NCBI GenBank assembly: GCA_023701205.1
Contig: JAMPXJ010000007.1
Coordinates: 261 to 64,260 of the forward strand
Direction: 5' to 3'
Origin: Oligoflexia bacterium
GTDB lineage: Bacteria; Bdellovibrionota; UBA1018
DNA: 64,000 bases
Below, piece by piece: positions 1 to 11,007 of the stretch. Position 1 is the stretch's first letter, and every line of letters begins with the position of its first letter. Both the position numbers and the translations under genes were made by a program. The notes under the pieces are model-generated. The model was given only the letters and a program-made list of their open reading frames with translations. It was not told the DNA's origin and did no database searches.

Positions 1-51
1 CTAGGAATGGCGGAATCAAAATCCGCTAGCTTACCGCTTGCCGACACCCCA
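1..51 (-). tRNA. tRNA-Gln (anticodon UUG), 5' half only; the gene continues past the left edge of the window
   Basis: The reverse complement of nt 1-51 reads TGGGGTGTCGGCAAGCGGTAAGCTAGCGGATTTTGATTCCGCCATTCCTAG. This aligns almost base-for-base with the 5' half of a canonical bacterial tRNA-Gln, as remembered from E. coli. The acceptor strand is TGGGGTG, the D-loop AGCGGTAAG, the anticodon stem GCGGA/TCCGC and the 7-nt loop TTTTGAT, with U33, anticodon TTG and A37. Confidence 0.75.
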
Positions 52-203
52 ACACACACTCAAAGAAGCTAGCAGACTGAAAATGATTGGTAGCACAGGT
101 CTTTGCCGCAGGCAAACCCTGGATTGAGCTCGCGCGAGAGCGCGCTTGCCGAAGGGTACGGCGGCCACGTGTCAGAAGATTCCGGCGGGAAGCGGGCCCG
201 GTT

Positions 204-509
204 TCAGGCGTCGGCTTCCTGCTCGGCGCATTCGGCCTGGACGACGGGGGAGCCCTTCTTGATCTCGGCGAGATAGGCATCCAGAATGGTTTTTTCCATC
301 GTGGCGCGCGTGCTCTGATTCAGCGGGTGGGCGATGTCCTTGAAGGTGCCGTCCTTGCGACGTTTGCTGGGCATAGCGACAAAGAGGCCGCCATTTCCGC
401 TGATGATCTTGAGGTCCCGGACGACAAAGCAGTTGTCGAGGACGATGGTGATGTAGGCTTTGAGCTTTTCCTCATCAACCGGGAATACTTTTACTTCGGT
501 GATTTCCAT
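204..509 (-). CDS. spoVG: SpoVG family protein
   Basis: The 101-aa ORF starts MEITEVKVFPV and contains VRDLKIISGNGGLFVAMPSKRRKDGTFKDIAHPLNQ, the characteristic SpoVG sequence. The overlapping 87..557 (+) ORF is read as antisense noise. Confidence 0.85.
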   Translation of the reverse strand: MEITEVKVFPVDEEKLKAYITIVLDNCFVVRDLKIISGNGGLFVAMPSKRRKDGTFKDIAHPLNQSTRATMEKTILDAYLAEIKKGSPVVQAECAEQEADA

Positions 510-670
510 GGCGCGCTCCTCTCAAGGTGTTCAGCTTCCGCTGTTTTCCTGTTGTGAATATCCTATTGAACCCGTTTGGAAATCTTGAATGAGAATCGAT
601 CTCACCCTTGATTTATTTATTCTAGAGGAGCGTGCCGGGGAATTCAAATTTTATAAACATCTGAATAAAA

Positions 671-3277
<2,607 letters not shown>

Positions 3278-3358
3278 CGATACGCTCCCGGCCCCACCAA
3301 GCGCGGGGCCTGCTGAAAAGATGGGAGCAAAAGCTACGCCGTCAAGTCCGGCCGGAGC

Positions 3359-4846
3359 TCACTTCAGATCGAGTATCACGACCGTGAAGGCTTCCCGTCC
3401 TTGCGGGTCGGATCGCCGCACTCGCAGCAGATAGCTCTTTTTCTCTTTCACGACGGAATAGAAGTCGTCGAGATTGCGGATGGGTTTGCGATCAACTTCG
3501 AGAATGACGTCGCCGCGGAGCAGCCCCGCCTGGTCGGCCGGGCCGCCGTAAGCCGTCGAAGCGACCACGGCGCCCTTGGTCTTTTCCGGCATTCCGAGCT
3601 CCCTGGCCATTTCCGAGGTCAGGGTCTCGAGCGTCATCCCGGTCTCGACCCTCGCAGGGGCCTTTTTGGGCTTGCGGGGAGCCTCCTTCTCGGCGAGCTG
3701 CTGAGTGCCCGGACGTTGGCCCACCTTGATGCTCAACGTCTTTTCCTCCTTGCCGCGGAGTATCTTGATCGAAGCCGCCTGGTCCGCTGGGATCGAGGTG
3801 ACGGCCGCGATCAGGTCCGAAGCGCCGTGCACGGTTTTTCCCCCGAATTCGAGGATGACGTCATACGGCTTGATGCCCGCCTTGTCGGCCGGCTCGCCCG
3901 GATAGACGTGCGCGACGAACGGTGATTTCACCGAGGGCGCGACCCCGATCTTGGCGGCGACCTCCGGGGTGAGCTCGTTGACGATGACGCCGATGTACCC
4001 GCGCGAGACCGTGCCTTTGGTGCGGAGCTGCGGGAGAACCTTCTTCACGACGTTGATCGGGATGGCGAAGCCGATTCCCTGCGCGCGCTGCTCGATGGCA
4101 TTGTTGATCCCGATGACCTCGCCCTTGAGGTTGACGAGCGGACCGCCGGAATTTCCCGGGTTGATCGGCGCGTCGGTCTGCAGGTAGCTTGCGAGCGGGA
4201 AATCCGGCGCCAGCCGTCCTTTCGCGGAGATGATCCCGTGGGTAACCGAATGTCCCTGCCCGAACGGATTGCCCACCGCGATGACGTACTCACCGACCTC
4301 CAGGCTGTCGGAGTCCCCGAAGGCGACCGGGGCGAGCTCACGCTTGGTCTTCACCCTGATGAGCGCCAGGTCGATCTCCGGATCGCGTCCGACCACCTCG
4401 CCATCGGTGGGCTTCTCGTCGGTCTCCTCGGTGAAGTAGATCTTGATCTCGTCGGCCTCGGCCACGACGTGATTGTTCGTGAGGATGAGGCCCGAGGCGT
4501 CGATGATGAAGCCCGTGCCGAGCGACATGACCTTGGGCGCGCGGCCCTGCGGCCCGTCAGGTCCCGGCAGGGGCGGGCCCTCGTCCTCCTCGCCGCCGCG
4601 GCCGCTCCCGCCGTGCCGACGGAAGAAATCCTCGAAGAACCGGCGGAAAAGCTCATCCGGCCCCCCGCGCCCATGAGGGCTCTTCACGGTCGTGACGGTG
4701 GAAATGTTCACCACCGAGGGCACGATTTTCTTCGAAAGATTGACGAGGACATTGGTATCGCCGCCGGGAAGCGACGCCGCCCGGGCGTTCGAAACGCACA
4801 GAGCGAGCAAGGTCGCCAGCGCAGCCGCGTGATTCCGGAATTTCAT
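3359..4846 (-). CDS. degP: DegP/HtrA-family periplasmic serine endoprotease with PDZ domains
   Basis: Catalytic motifs TNNHV, DLALI and GNSGGPLVN are present, followed by two PDZ-like regions. The ORF track begins at 4897, but MKFRNHAAALATLLALCVSNARA at 4846 is a clean signal peptide. That ATG lies 1 nt after the TAA of the upstream small ORF, so the start was moved to 4846. Confidence 0.85.
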   Translation of the reverse strand: MKFRNHAAALATLLALCVSNARAASLPGGDTNVLVNLSKKIVPSVVNISTVTTVKSPHGRGGPDELFRRFFEDFFRRHGGSGRGGEEDEGPPLPGPDGPQGRAPKVMSLGTGFIIDASGLILTNNHVVAEADEIKIYFTEETDEKPTDGEVVGRDPEIDLALIRVKTKRELAPVAFGDSDSLEVGEYVIAVGNPFGQGHSVTHGIISAKGRLAPDFPLASYLQTDAPINPGNSGGPLVNLKGEVIGINNAIEQRAQGIGFAIPINVVKKVLPQLRTKGTVSRGYIGVIVNELTPEVAAKIGVAPSVKSPFVAHVYPGEPADKAGIKPYDVILEFGGKTVHGASDLIAAVTSIPADQAASIKILRGKEEKTLSIKVGQRPGTQQLAEKEAPRKPKKAPARVETGMTLETLTSEMARELGMPEKTKGAVVASTAYGGPADQAGLLRGDVILEVDRKPIRNLDDFYSVVKEKKSYLLRVRRSDPQGREAFTVVILDLK

Positions 4847-4847
4847 C

Positions 4848-5132
4848 TTATTTGCCGACTTTCTTTTGCGTCTCCACGAAGCGGAGCCGGGTTTCAAAGA
4901 GCAGCTGTTCGAGCAGCCGGTCTTCCTCGGGAGTGCGGTTCCCTTTGGTCTTCTCGTACATGAGCTCGAGCAGGTCGATGTTCTGCCGAGCGAGCTCGAG
5001 ATCCACGGGGTGCTTCTCGGCGGCTTCGCCGTCGGGACCGATGCCCAGGCCCATGAACGCGGCCGCGGAGATGGAAAGGAAAAAAGTCGTGAGATCGATT
5101 CTTGGCAGGCTCATGGGCCCCATATTTCTCAC
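4848..5132 (-). CDS. hypothetical small protein (94 aa), translationally coupled to degP
   Basis: Complete ORF whose stop abuts the degP start, ...AAATAAgATGAAA. A hydrophobic N-terminal segment is present. No recognisable domain. Confidence 0.4.
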   Translation of the reverse strand: MRNMGPMSLPRIDLTTFFLSISAAAFMGLGIGPDGEAAEKHPVDLELARQNIDLLELMYEKTKGNRTPEEDRLLEQLLFETRLRFVETQKKVGK

Positions 5133-5156
5133 ACTGCCCCGCGCGCAGGCAAGGCT

Positions 5157-5963
5157 CTAGCGGAGAATGCGCGAGCGCGGGCCGGGATCGCTCATGGATA
5201 GGAGCTCGGCGCCCGGCAGCGGACGCCAGCCTCCCGAAGCATTGGCGCGCGTGATCTTATGCATTGCACTATCCCCGGCTTCGAGTGCCGAAAAAGCCGG
5301 GGGGGATTTGCCCGCGAGCGCGCGCAAAAGACCGAGCGCGGGAAGCAGGAGCGCGAAACGTGCCAGGCTGAAGGGTGATAACCCGTCACGAAGGCGCTGA
5401 GTGGAATGATCCCCGGAAAACAGCAGCTGTCCCCAGCTCGCCGGCGCGAGGCGCAGTACCTGAAGCGCAAGCGCGCTGCAGAGGCTTCTGAAGGGCCAGT
5501 CACGCCGATGATTTTTCAGGATGCATGCCGTCAATACCGCCCGCAGCTCCGCCTCATCGAGCTGTTCGAGAAGGCCGCTGCTCAAAAGGAGCCTGCCGGA
5601 ACCGGTGAAGCTTCGGACGACGAAAGCGTTCGGAAGCGGGTCGGGATAAACCAGGAGCAGGGGACGAAAGGGCGGTTCCTCGTGCGGAAACGCGGAAAGC
5701 AGGACCTGGCGAAGCGTGAATTCCAGCCCATCGCAAGCCGCGTCGCTCCGGGCCCCGACCCGGCTCGTCAGGATCCGCTCGGAGGAGATCGCGGTATAAA
5801 GCAGGAGAACATAGCCCGCGGCGGCGCCGGCAAGCGCGCCGGGAACGCCGGCGAAGAACCCGCCCAGGACAGCCGGTGGAAGCAAGGCGAGGAGAAGCAG
5901 GGCCGTGGCCCCGAGAAGCGCGGACATGACTCCAAGCTTAATCGCGCGGGCACGGCTTCGCAC
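5157..5963 (-). CDS. HtpX/M48-like integral membrane protein lacking the HExxH zinc motif (probable pseudo-protease)
   Basis: Two N-terminal TM helices are followed by VYPDPLPNAFVVRS...GSGRLLLSSGLLEQLDEAELRAVLTACILKNH. This parallels the HtpX segment PNAFATG...V.VSTGLL..M..DE.EAV.AHE.SH, but AHExxH is replaced by TACILKNH. Confidence 0.45.
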   Translation of the reverse strand: MRSRARAIKLGVMSALLGATALLLLALLPPAVLGGFFAGVPGALAGAAAGYVLLLYTAISSERILTSRVGARSDAACDGLEFTLRQVLLSAFPHEEPPFRPLLLVYPDPLPNAFVVRSFTGSGRLLLSSGLLEQLDEAELRAVLTACILKNHRRDWPFRSLCSALALQVLRLAPASWGQLLFSGDHSTQRLRDGLSPFSLARFALLLPALGLLRALAGKSPPAFSALEAGDSAMHKITRANASGGWRPLPGAELLSMSDPGPRSRILR

Positions 5964-5969
5964 CCGAAA

Positions 5970-7184
5970 TCAGCTTTGCGAGCTTTCCTTGGAATGGAAA
6001 CTGCCGGCCATCTCGTATCCCTGCTCACGGGTGAGGCCCGAAAGGCGGAGGCGGAGATCGTCCGGATTGCTCGTGGACTTGATCGCTTCCTCGGCTGTGA
6101 TGGCTCCGGCGTTCACCAGTCGCTCCAGCGCCTGGTTCATCGTCTGCATCTTGTAGTAGTTGTTCGAATTGCCGATGGCTTCGGGAATCTTCTGGACCTC
6201 GCTCTTGAGGATGTAGTTCTCGATAGCCGGAGACTTGACCATGATCTCGCAGGCAGGGACCCGCCCGGAGCCGTCCGCCCGGACCAGCAGCTGCTGCGAA
6301 ACGACGCCCACGAGCACCGACGCGAGCTGAATGCGCACCTGATTCTGCGCATTGGAAGGGAAAACCTCGAGAATGCGGTCGATCGATCCGGCCGCGTCCT
6401 TGGTGTGGAGGGTCGAGATCACCAGGTGTCCGGTTTCGGCCGCCGAAAGCGCGAGCTGGATCATGTCGCAGTCGCGCAGCTCGCCGATCATGATCACGTC
6501 GGGATCCTGCCGCAGTCCGGCGTAGAGGCCCTCCTTGAGCGAATGGGTATCGGAGCCGACCTCGCGCTGGGTGATGCTCGCCTTGAGATCCCGGTACACG
6601 TACTCGATCGGATCCTCGATGGTAAGGACGTGGACGTGATTATTCTCATTGATATATTGTATCATCGCGGCCATCGAGGTGGATTTCCCGCTGCCTGTGG
6701 CGCCGGTCACCAAAAGCAGGCCCCGCGGGCGCTGGCAGAGCTCCTTGACGACGGGCGGGAGCCCGAGCTCGTCGATCGTGGGGATCGTCATCGGGATGAT
6801 CCGCACGGCCGCGGAGATCCCGCCCCGCTGGAAGAAGACATGGCAGCGGAACCGGCCGAGCTCCTTCATGTGGAAAGAGAGATCGATCTGCCGCTTCTCC
6901 TCGAGCTCCACGCGCTGCTTGGCGGAGAGCACGCCATAGATGATCTGCTCGAGCTGCTCCTGTCCGAGCTCGTCCATCTTGGCGGGAATGAGCTTGCCGT
7001 TGATCCGGTAGAGCGGGGGGCGCCCCACCTTGAGATGCAGGTCGGAGGCGTTGTACTTGATCAGCGCGCGCACGAGATAACGCATGTCCACGCGTTGAAC
7101 GTTCCCCGCCGGGGTGCCGCCGCCCGCGGTTCCGGGTTCGCGTACCATGGCGAGATGGTTTTTCTGGGAGGTGTTCTGGCTCAT
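5970..7184 (-). CDS. pilT: type IV pilus retraction ATPase PilT
   Basis: Walker A GATGSGKST, the PilT signature region TIEDPIEYVY, the Asp box and the His box STLHTKDAAGSIDRIL are all present. The true start is probably MRYLVRAL at about 7088. Confidence 0.85.
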   Translation of the reverse strand: MSQNTSQKNHLAMVREPGTAGGGTPAGNVQRVDMRYLVRALIKYNASDLHLKVGRPPLYRINGKLIPAKMDELGQEQLEQIIYGVLSAKQRVELEEKRQIDLSFHMKELGRFRCHVFFQRGGISAAVRIIPMTIPTIDELGLPPVVKELCQRPRGLLLVTGATGSGKSTSMAAMIQYINENNHVHVLTIEDPIEYVYRDLKASITQREVGSDTHSLKEGLYAGLRQDPDVIMIGELRDCDMIQLALSAAETGHLVISTLHTKDAAGSIDRILEVFPSNAQNQVRIQLASVLVGVVSQQLLVRADGSGRVPACEIMVKSPAIENYILKSEVQKIPEAIGNSNNYYKMQTMNQALERLVNAGAITAEEAIKSTSNPDDLRLRLSGLTREQGYEMAGSFHSKESSQS

Positions 7185-7852
7185 GCCGCCTCCCCTTTTT
7201 TCGCGGAAAGGCTGGTCTTGGCCCAGGTGATCATGAGGCGGATCTCGATGGCGCGCGCGGCGGCTTCAGTGAGGTACGTGAGAAGCTCGATGTCGGCCGG
7301 GGTGTAGTCGTCCTCGCCCACGCGGTTCAGCACCTCCAGGACGCCGAAGATGCGGCCGCGGACGATCACGGGAAGCGCGACGAGGTTGCGGGTCTCGAAG
7401 CCCACGGCCTTCTCGATCGCCTTGAGATGCATCCGGTTTTCCTTCACGTCCGCGACGACCAGCGGCTGCAGCGACTCGGCGACGAAGCCCGCGATGCCCT
7501 GGCCGATCGGGACGGTGAAATTCCCGATGCTGTCGGAGCTCTGCCCCACGCTGGCGCGGAAAAACAGGACCTTCTCGTTATGGTTGACCTCCAGCAGGGA
7601 ACCCGCTTCGCTCTTGACGACGTTCATGATGATGAGCAGCAGCTCGCGCGCGAACTCGGTGAAACGGTAATCGCGCGTCAGCAGTTTGAGCATGGAGTCG
7701 AGCGCCACGTACTTGCCCGTGGCGAGAGCGAAAGAGTCCGCGCTGAAGAGCGGGTCCTTGAACATCGTGTCGGGCATGGGAAGCGATGACGCCTCTTCCA
7801 GCTCGATTTCCGGCACGGTGCTTTTCGGGGAATTCGAATCGTTCTCTTCCAC
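7181..7852 (-). CDS. GAF domain-containing protein
   Basis: 223 aa with a GAF-like core, GQGIAGFVAESLQPLVVADV...ALPVIVRGRIFGVLEVLN. Its stop overlaps the pilT ORF start by 4 nt, which suggests an operon. Confidence 0.6.
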   Translation of the reverse strand: MEENDSNSPKSTVPEIELEEASSLPMPDTMFKDPLFSADSFALATGKYVALDSMLKLLTRDYRFTEFARELLLIIMNVVKSEAGSLLEVNHNEKVLFFRASVGQSSDSIGNFTVPIGQGIAGFVAESLQPLVVADVKENRMHLKAIEKAVGFETRNLVALPVIVRGRIFGVLEVLNRVGEDDYTPADIELLTYLTEAAARAIEIRLMITWAKTSLSAKKGEAA

Positions 7853-7885
7853 CTGGAGGCGCTCCTTGATAAGGTTATCGTCAGG

Positions 7886-8299
7886 ATGTGGAAATTCTTT
7901 ATTTTATCCCTTTGCGCCCTGACGACGCTTTCGTGCGGAATCAAGGTGGGGGGCGGGAGTCTGCGGGATCCGGTTCCGAACGGCACTCTCGTCGCAAGTG
8001 GCGAGTTTCAGGGGCAAAATGGCAAGACCGTCTCGGGAAGCGCTTTGGTTTACCAGACCGGGCAGGTCTCGTATGTGCTGCGCCTTTCGGGCGTGAGCTT
8101 TCCGGCCGAGAGCGGTCAGCAGATCTTCGCGGTGGTTGGCGGCTCGACGCTCAGCGCAATCGAGCTGCGGGGCAATACCGGAGATCAGAATTATGACATC
8201 ACCCTGAGCGGTTTCACCTCGCCCGACTGGCAGCTGGTGAGGATTCATTCGACCGTTTACGCGACCGACTACGCGCAGGCGACGCTCATCAGCCGATGA
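7886..8299 (+). CDS. lipoprotein, DM13-like beta-sandwich (tentative)
   Basis: Signal peptide with lipobox LTTLSC|G. The mature part, SGEFQGQNGKTVSGSALVYQTGQVSYVLRLSGVSFPAESGQQIFAVVGG, resembles the DM13 domain pattern. Confidence 0.4.
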   Translation: MWKFFILSLCALTTLSCGIKVGGGSLRDPVPNGTLVASGEFQGQNGKTVSGSALVYQTGQVSYVLRLSGVSFPAESGQQIFAVVGGSTLSAIELRGNTGDQNYDITLSGFTSPDWQLVRIHSTVYATDYAQATLISR

Positions 8300-8323
8300 C
8301 CGGGGCGGCCGGCGCGAAACCGC

Positions 8324-8800
8324 TTACGGAAGCGACATCTCGTTCTTGTACTCCACCAGCTCCTTGATGTTGGTCACGTCGCGGATCAGCCAGTGGCCGT
8401 TCTCGTTGATCAGCTGGCCGAGCTTCTTCTGCGTGACCTTGGCGCCGCTCCCGCGGGACTGATCGATATAGGTGAGCTCGTAGGTGACATTCACCTCGTT
8501 TGGCGAGGCGGCCTTTACCTCGGTGAAGACCATCCGGACGAATTCCCGCTTGGAATCGATGAACGCCTGCCGGAACTGCTCGTCGCTCCATGCCGCGAGC
8601 CGGGCCTTCGCCTGCCCCGTGAGATAGGACAGGAGCTCGGCGCGTTCCTCCACGCGCTTCACCGCGAAGCTGCGGGAGATGTATTCGTTGAGGCGCTTCT
8701 TGGGATCTTCAGGACCCGAAGACCGCGGGCTGCAGGCGCTCGCGAACGCGCTGACGGCCAGGACGCAAAGCAAGACCCAATTCCGTAACTCAGCCCACAT
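8324..8800 (-). CDS. hypothetical lipoprotein
   Basis: Signal peptide with lipobox ASAC|S. 158 aa, no recognisable domain. Confidence 0.4.
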   Translation of the reverse strand: MWAELRNWVLLCVLAVSAFASACSPRSSGPEDPKKRLNEYISRSFAVKRVEERAELLSYLTGQAKARLAAWSDEQFRQAFIDSKREFVRMVFTEVKAASPNEVNVTYELTYIDQSRGSGAKVTQKKLGQLINENGHWLIRDVTNIKELVEYKNEMSLP

Positions 8801-9509
8801 ACCCTTCTCCTTCCAGCATTTCGATGAAATCGCCCAGCTCCTTGCGCGTATCGGGCACGAGCTTCCCGAACCGGAAACCTGCTCCCACCGCGCGGTCCAG
8901 CCGGCTCATGGGGCGAGCCGCGCACCGGAGCACGCGGGCGCGGAAACGAAAGACCAGTTCCGTGTTGCCTGAGGCGACCGCCGCATCCAGTGCCTGGCGC
9001 TCTGACGTCTTCCCGTCGGACGCGAAGATCAGCGTGCCCTCCCGATCCAGCCGGCAGACGCGGAAGGCCGTCGAGCCCAGCTCGCAGCTGACCTCCGGGA
9101 TCGCTTTGGGCAGTCCCTGGAACCATCTCAGCTCCGGATCAAGATACGAGCGGCCCATCTCGGCGCGAAGCCAGGCGAGGACAGCCGTCAGGTAAACTCC
9201 GAGAAAAATCGTGAAATAACCCAAAGAAGGCGAACGCATGCGCAGGGACATCCCGAGGGTCAGGAGGAGCCATAGCGCGCTGATGACCGCCGAAGCCGAC
9301 CAGGCCCAGTTTCGTCCCCGGCTCATCCACCACCCGAGCGGTCCAGTCACGGCGATCGCGGCCGCGGCCGAGACCAGCATGTCGCGATAAGGCATCCTCC
9401 ACCAGGGAGCGCGCGAGACGACCAGGGTCTCCGCCGCTGCCAGAAGCGCCGAAGCCCAAAACGCGACTCGGGCGGCACGAAGGGTGAAAGGCGCGGAGAG
9501 GACCTGCAT
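8790..9509 (-). CDS. integral membrane protein with a possible C-terminal PilZ-like domain
   Basis: Four or five predicted TM helices, then a soluble about 100-aa C-terminus, RVCRLDREGTLIFAS...ELVFRFRARVL. This is beta-barrel-like and compatible with, but not diagnostic of, PilZ. Confidence 0.3.
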   Translation of the reverse strand: MQVLSAPFTLRAARVAFWASALLAAAETLVVSRAPWWRMPYRDMLVSAAAAIAVTGPLGWWMSRGRNWAWSASAVISALWLLLTLGMSLRMRSPSLGYFTIFLGVYLTAVLAWLRAEMGRSYLDPELRWFQGLPKAIPEVSCELGSTAFRVCRLDREGTLIFASDGKTSERQALDAAVASGNTELVFRFRARVLRCAARPMSRLDRAVGAGFRFGKLVPDTRKELGDFIEMLEGEGYVG

Positions 9510-9579
9510 CCAATTAAAATCTCATGTTAATCAAGAACTTGTCAACGCCAGCCTCTTGGCCGTACTCTAGAGGACAGGA

Positions 9580-9798
9580 ATGCCTTATTTCATCAACTCA
9601 TCCTGCAATAAGTGCGGAGTCTGCCTGCCGGAATGCCCGACGGGCTCCATCATCGAGGGCAAGGACCGGTTCATCATCGATGCCGATACTTGCGCGGAGC
9701 ACAGGGCCTGCGTGAACGTCTGCCCGGTGGAAGCGATCGCGATCATCCCCGCCAAGATCAGGCCCGAACGCATCGACGGGGAAGAGGAAGAGGAGTAA
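9580..9798 (+). CDS. 4Fe-4S ferredoxin
   Basis: 72 aa with two cluster motifs, CNKCGVCLPECP and CAEHRACVNVCP. Confidence 0.8.
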   Translation: MPYFINSSCNKCGVCLPECPTGSIIEGKDRFIIDADTCAEHRACVNVCPVEAIAIIPAKIRPERIDGEEEEE

Positions 9799-9801
9799 CC
9801 C

Positions 9802-11007
9802 TTGAAATCCCCGGGTGCGCCCGCGCTCCGCGTGCTCGGCGTGATGACCGGCACCTCCTGCGACGCCCTCGATGCCGCCTGCATCGAAGCGGACGCGGCG
9901 GGCTGGCGCCTCCTCTGGTCGGATTCCTCTCCTTATCCGAGAAAGCTCCGCACGCAGGTGCTCGCGCTCCAACGCGCGCACGTCAAGGTTCCGCTGCGCG
10001 AATGGCTGGAGCTGCACGCGGAGCTCGGCGAATGGTATGCCAAGACGCTCGCGCAGCTCATCGCGCGCAACCGGCCCGCGCCGCACGTCATCGCCAATCA
10101 CGGCCAGACGGTCGGGCATTTTCCCGCGCCCACGCGCGCTCGCGGCCGCAAGGGCACGACCCTTCAGCTGGGCGATCCCACCCGGATCGCGCATGCGACT
10201 GGCCTTACGGTGGTCGCGGGCTTTCGCGACGGCGACATGGCCGCCGGCGGTCAGGGCGCGCCGCTCGTGCCTCTATTTCACCGGCTGCTGGCGCGCAAGC
10301 TCGACCCCGACGGCTGCGGCGTCGCGATCCACAATATCGGCGGCATCAGCAACCTCACCTACGTCCCGCCCGAAGGCTCGGGTCTCGAGCTCGTCGCGTT
10401 CGATACCGGGCCGGGAAATATCTGGATCGATGCCGCGGCCTCGGTCGCCAGCGGCGGCAAGCTCAAGATGGATCGCGGGGGGCGCCTGGCGCTGCGCGGC
10501 CGGCCCGATTACCGCGCGATCCGCAAGGCGCTCGAGCATCCTTTCTTCGCGAAGGCGGCGCCGAAATCCACGGGGCGCGATGACTTCCCGTTCGCGCTGC
10601 TCTCGCGCGCGACGCGGGCGCGGGACGAGTCGCTGGTCACGACCGCGACGTTGGTCACGGTCGAGTCGATCGCCGAAAGCTACGAGCGCTGGGTCCTGGG
10701 GCGACAGCTGCCGCTGGAGCGGATCTTCTTCTGCGGGGGGGGCGCGCACAATCCGGTGCTCCTGCGCGCGATCGCGGACCGCCTGCCTTCGGTCGAGGTT
10801 CGGACGGTGGAGTCGGCGGGCCTGGATTCCCAGCTCATCGAGTCGCAGGCCTTCGCCATGTACGGGTTTCTCGCGCTCCTGGGCGAGCCGCTCGGAGGCG
10901 CCTGGACGGGTGCGCGCGGCTTCGGTCCGCCCGCGCACGTGATACCGGGAGAGAACTGGGCGGGCGTCCTCGAGCTCGTGCGCGAGCTCGTCCGGGAGCC
11001 GCGCTGA
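9802..11007 (+). CDS. anmK: anhydro-N-acetylmuramic acid kinase
   Basis: N-terminal LGVMTGTSCDALDAACIE matches the AnmK GxMSGTSxDGxD signature. Length (401 aa) is also consistent. Confidence 0.8.
   Translation: MKSPGAPALRVLGVMTGTSCDALDAACIEADAAGWRLLWSDSSPYPRKLRTQVLALQRAHVKVPLREWLELHAELGEWYAKTLAQLIARNRPAPHVIANHGQTVGHFPAPTRARGRKGTTLQLGDPTRIAHATGLTVVAGFRDGDMAAGGQGAPLVPLFHRLLARKLDPDGCGVAIHNIGGISNLTYVPPEGSGLELVAFDTGPGNIWIDAAASVASGGKLKMDRGGRLALRGRPDYRAIRKALEHPFFAKAAPKSTGRDDFPFALLSRATRARDESLVTTATLVTVESIAESYERWVLGRQLPLERIFFCGGGAHNPVLLRAIADRLPSVEVRTVESAGLDSQLIESQAFAMYGFLALLGEPLGGAWTGARGFGPPAHVIPGENWAGVLELVRELVREPR

Noticed and set aside
87-557. 156-aa plus-strand ORF overlapping spoVG
   Set aside because: The minus-strand frame encodes a textbook SpoVG, and the plus-strand translation is Arg/Gly-rich noise.
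9539-9568. sigma70-like -35 TTGTCA and -10 TACTCT with an 18-nt spacer upstream of the ferredoxin gene
   Set aside because: The -10 element ends only 12 nt before the ATG and overlaps the apparent RBS region, so it is probably not the operative promoter.
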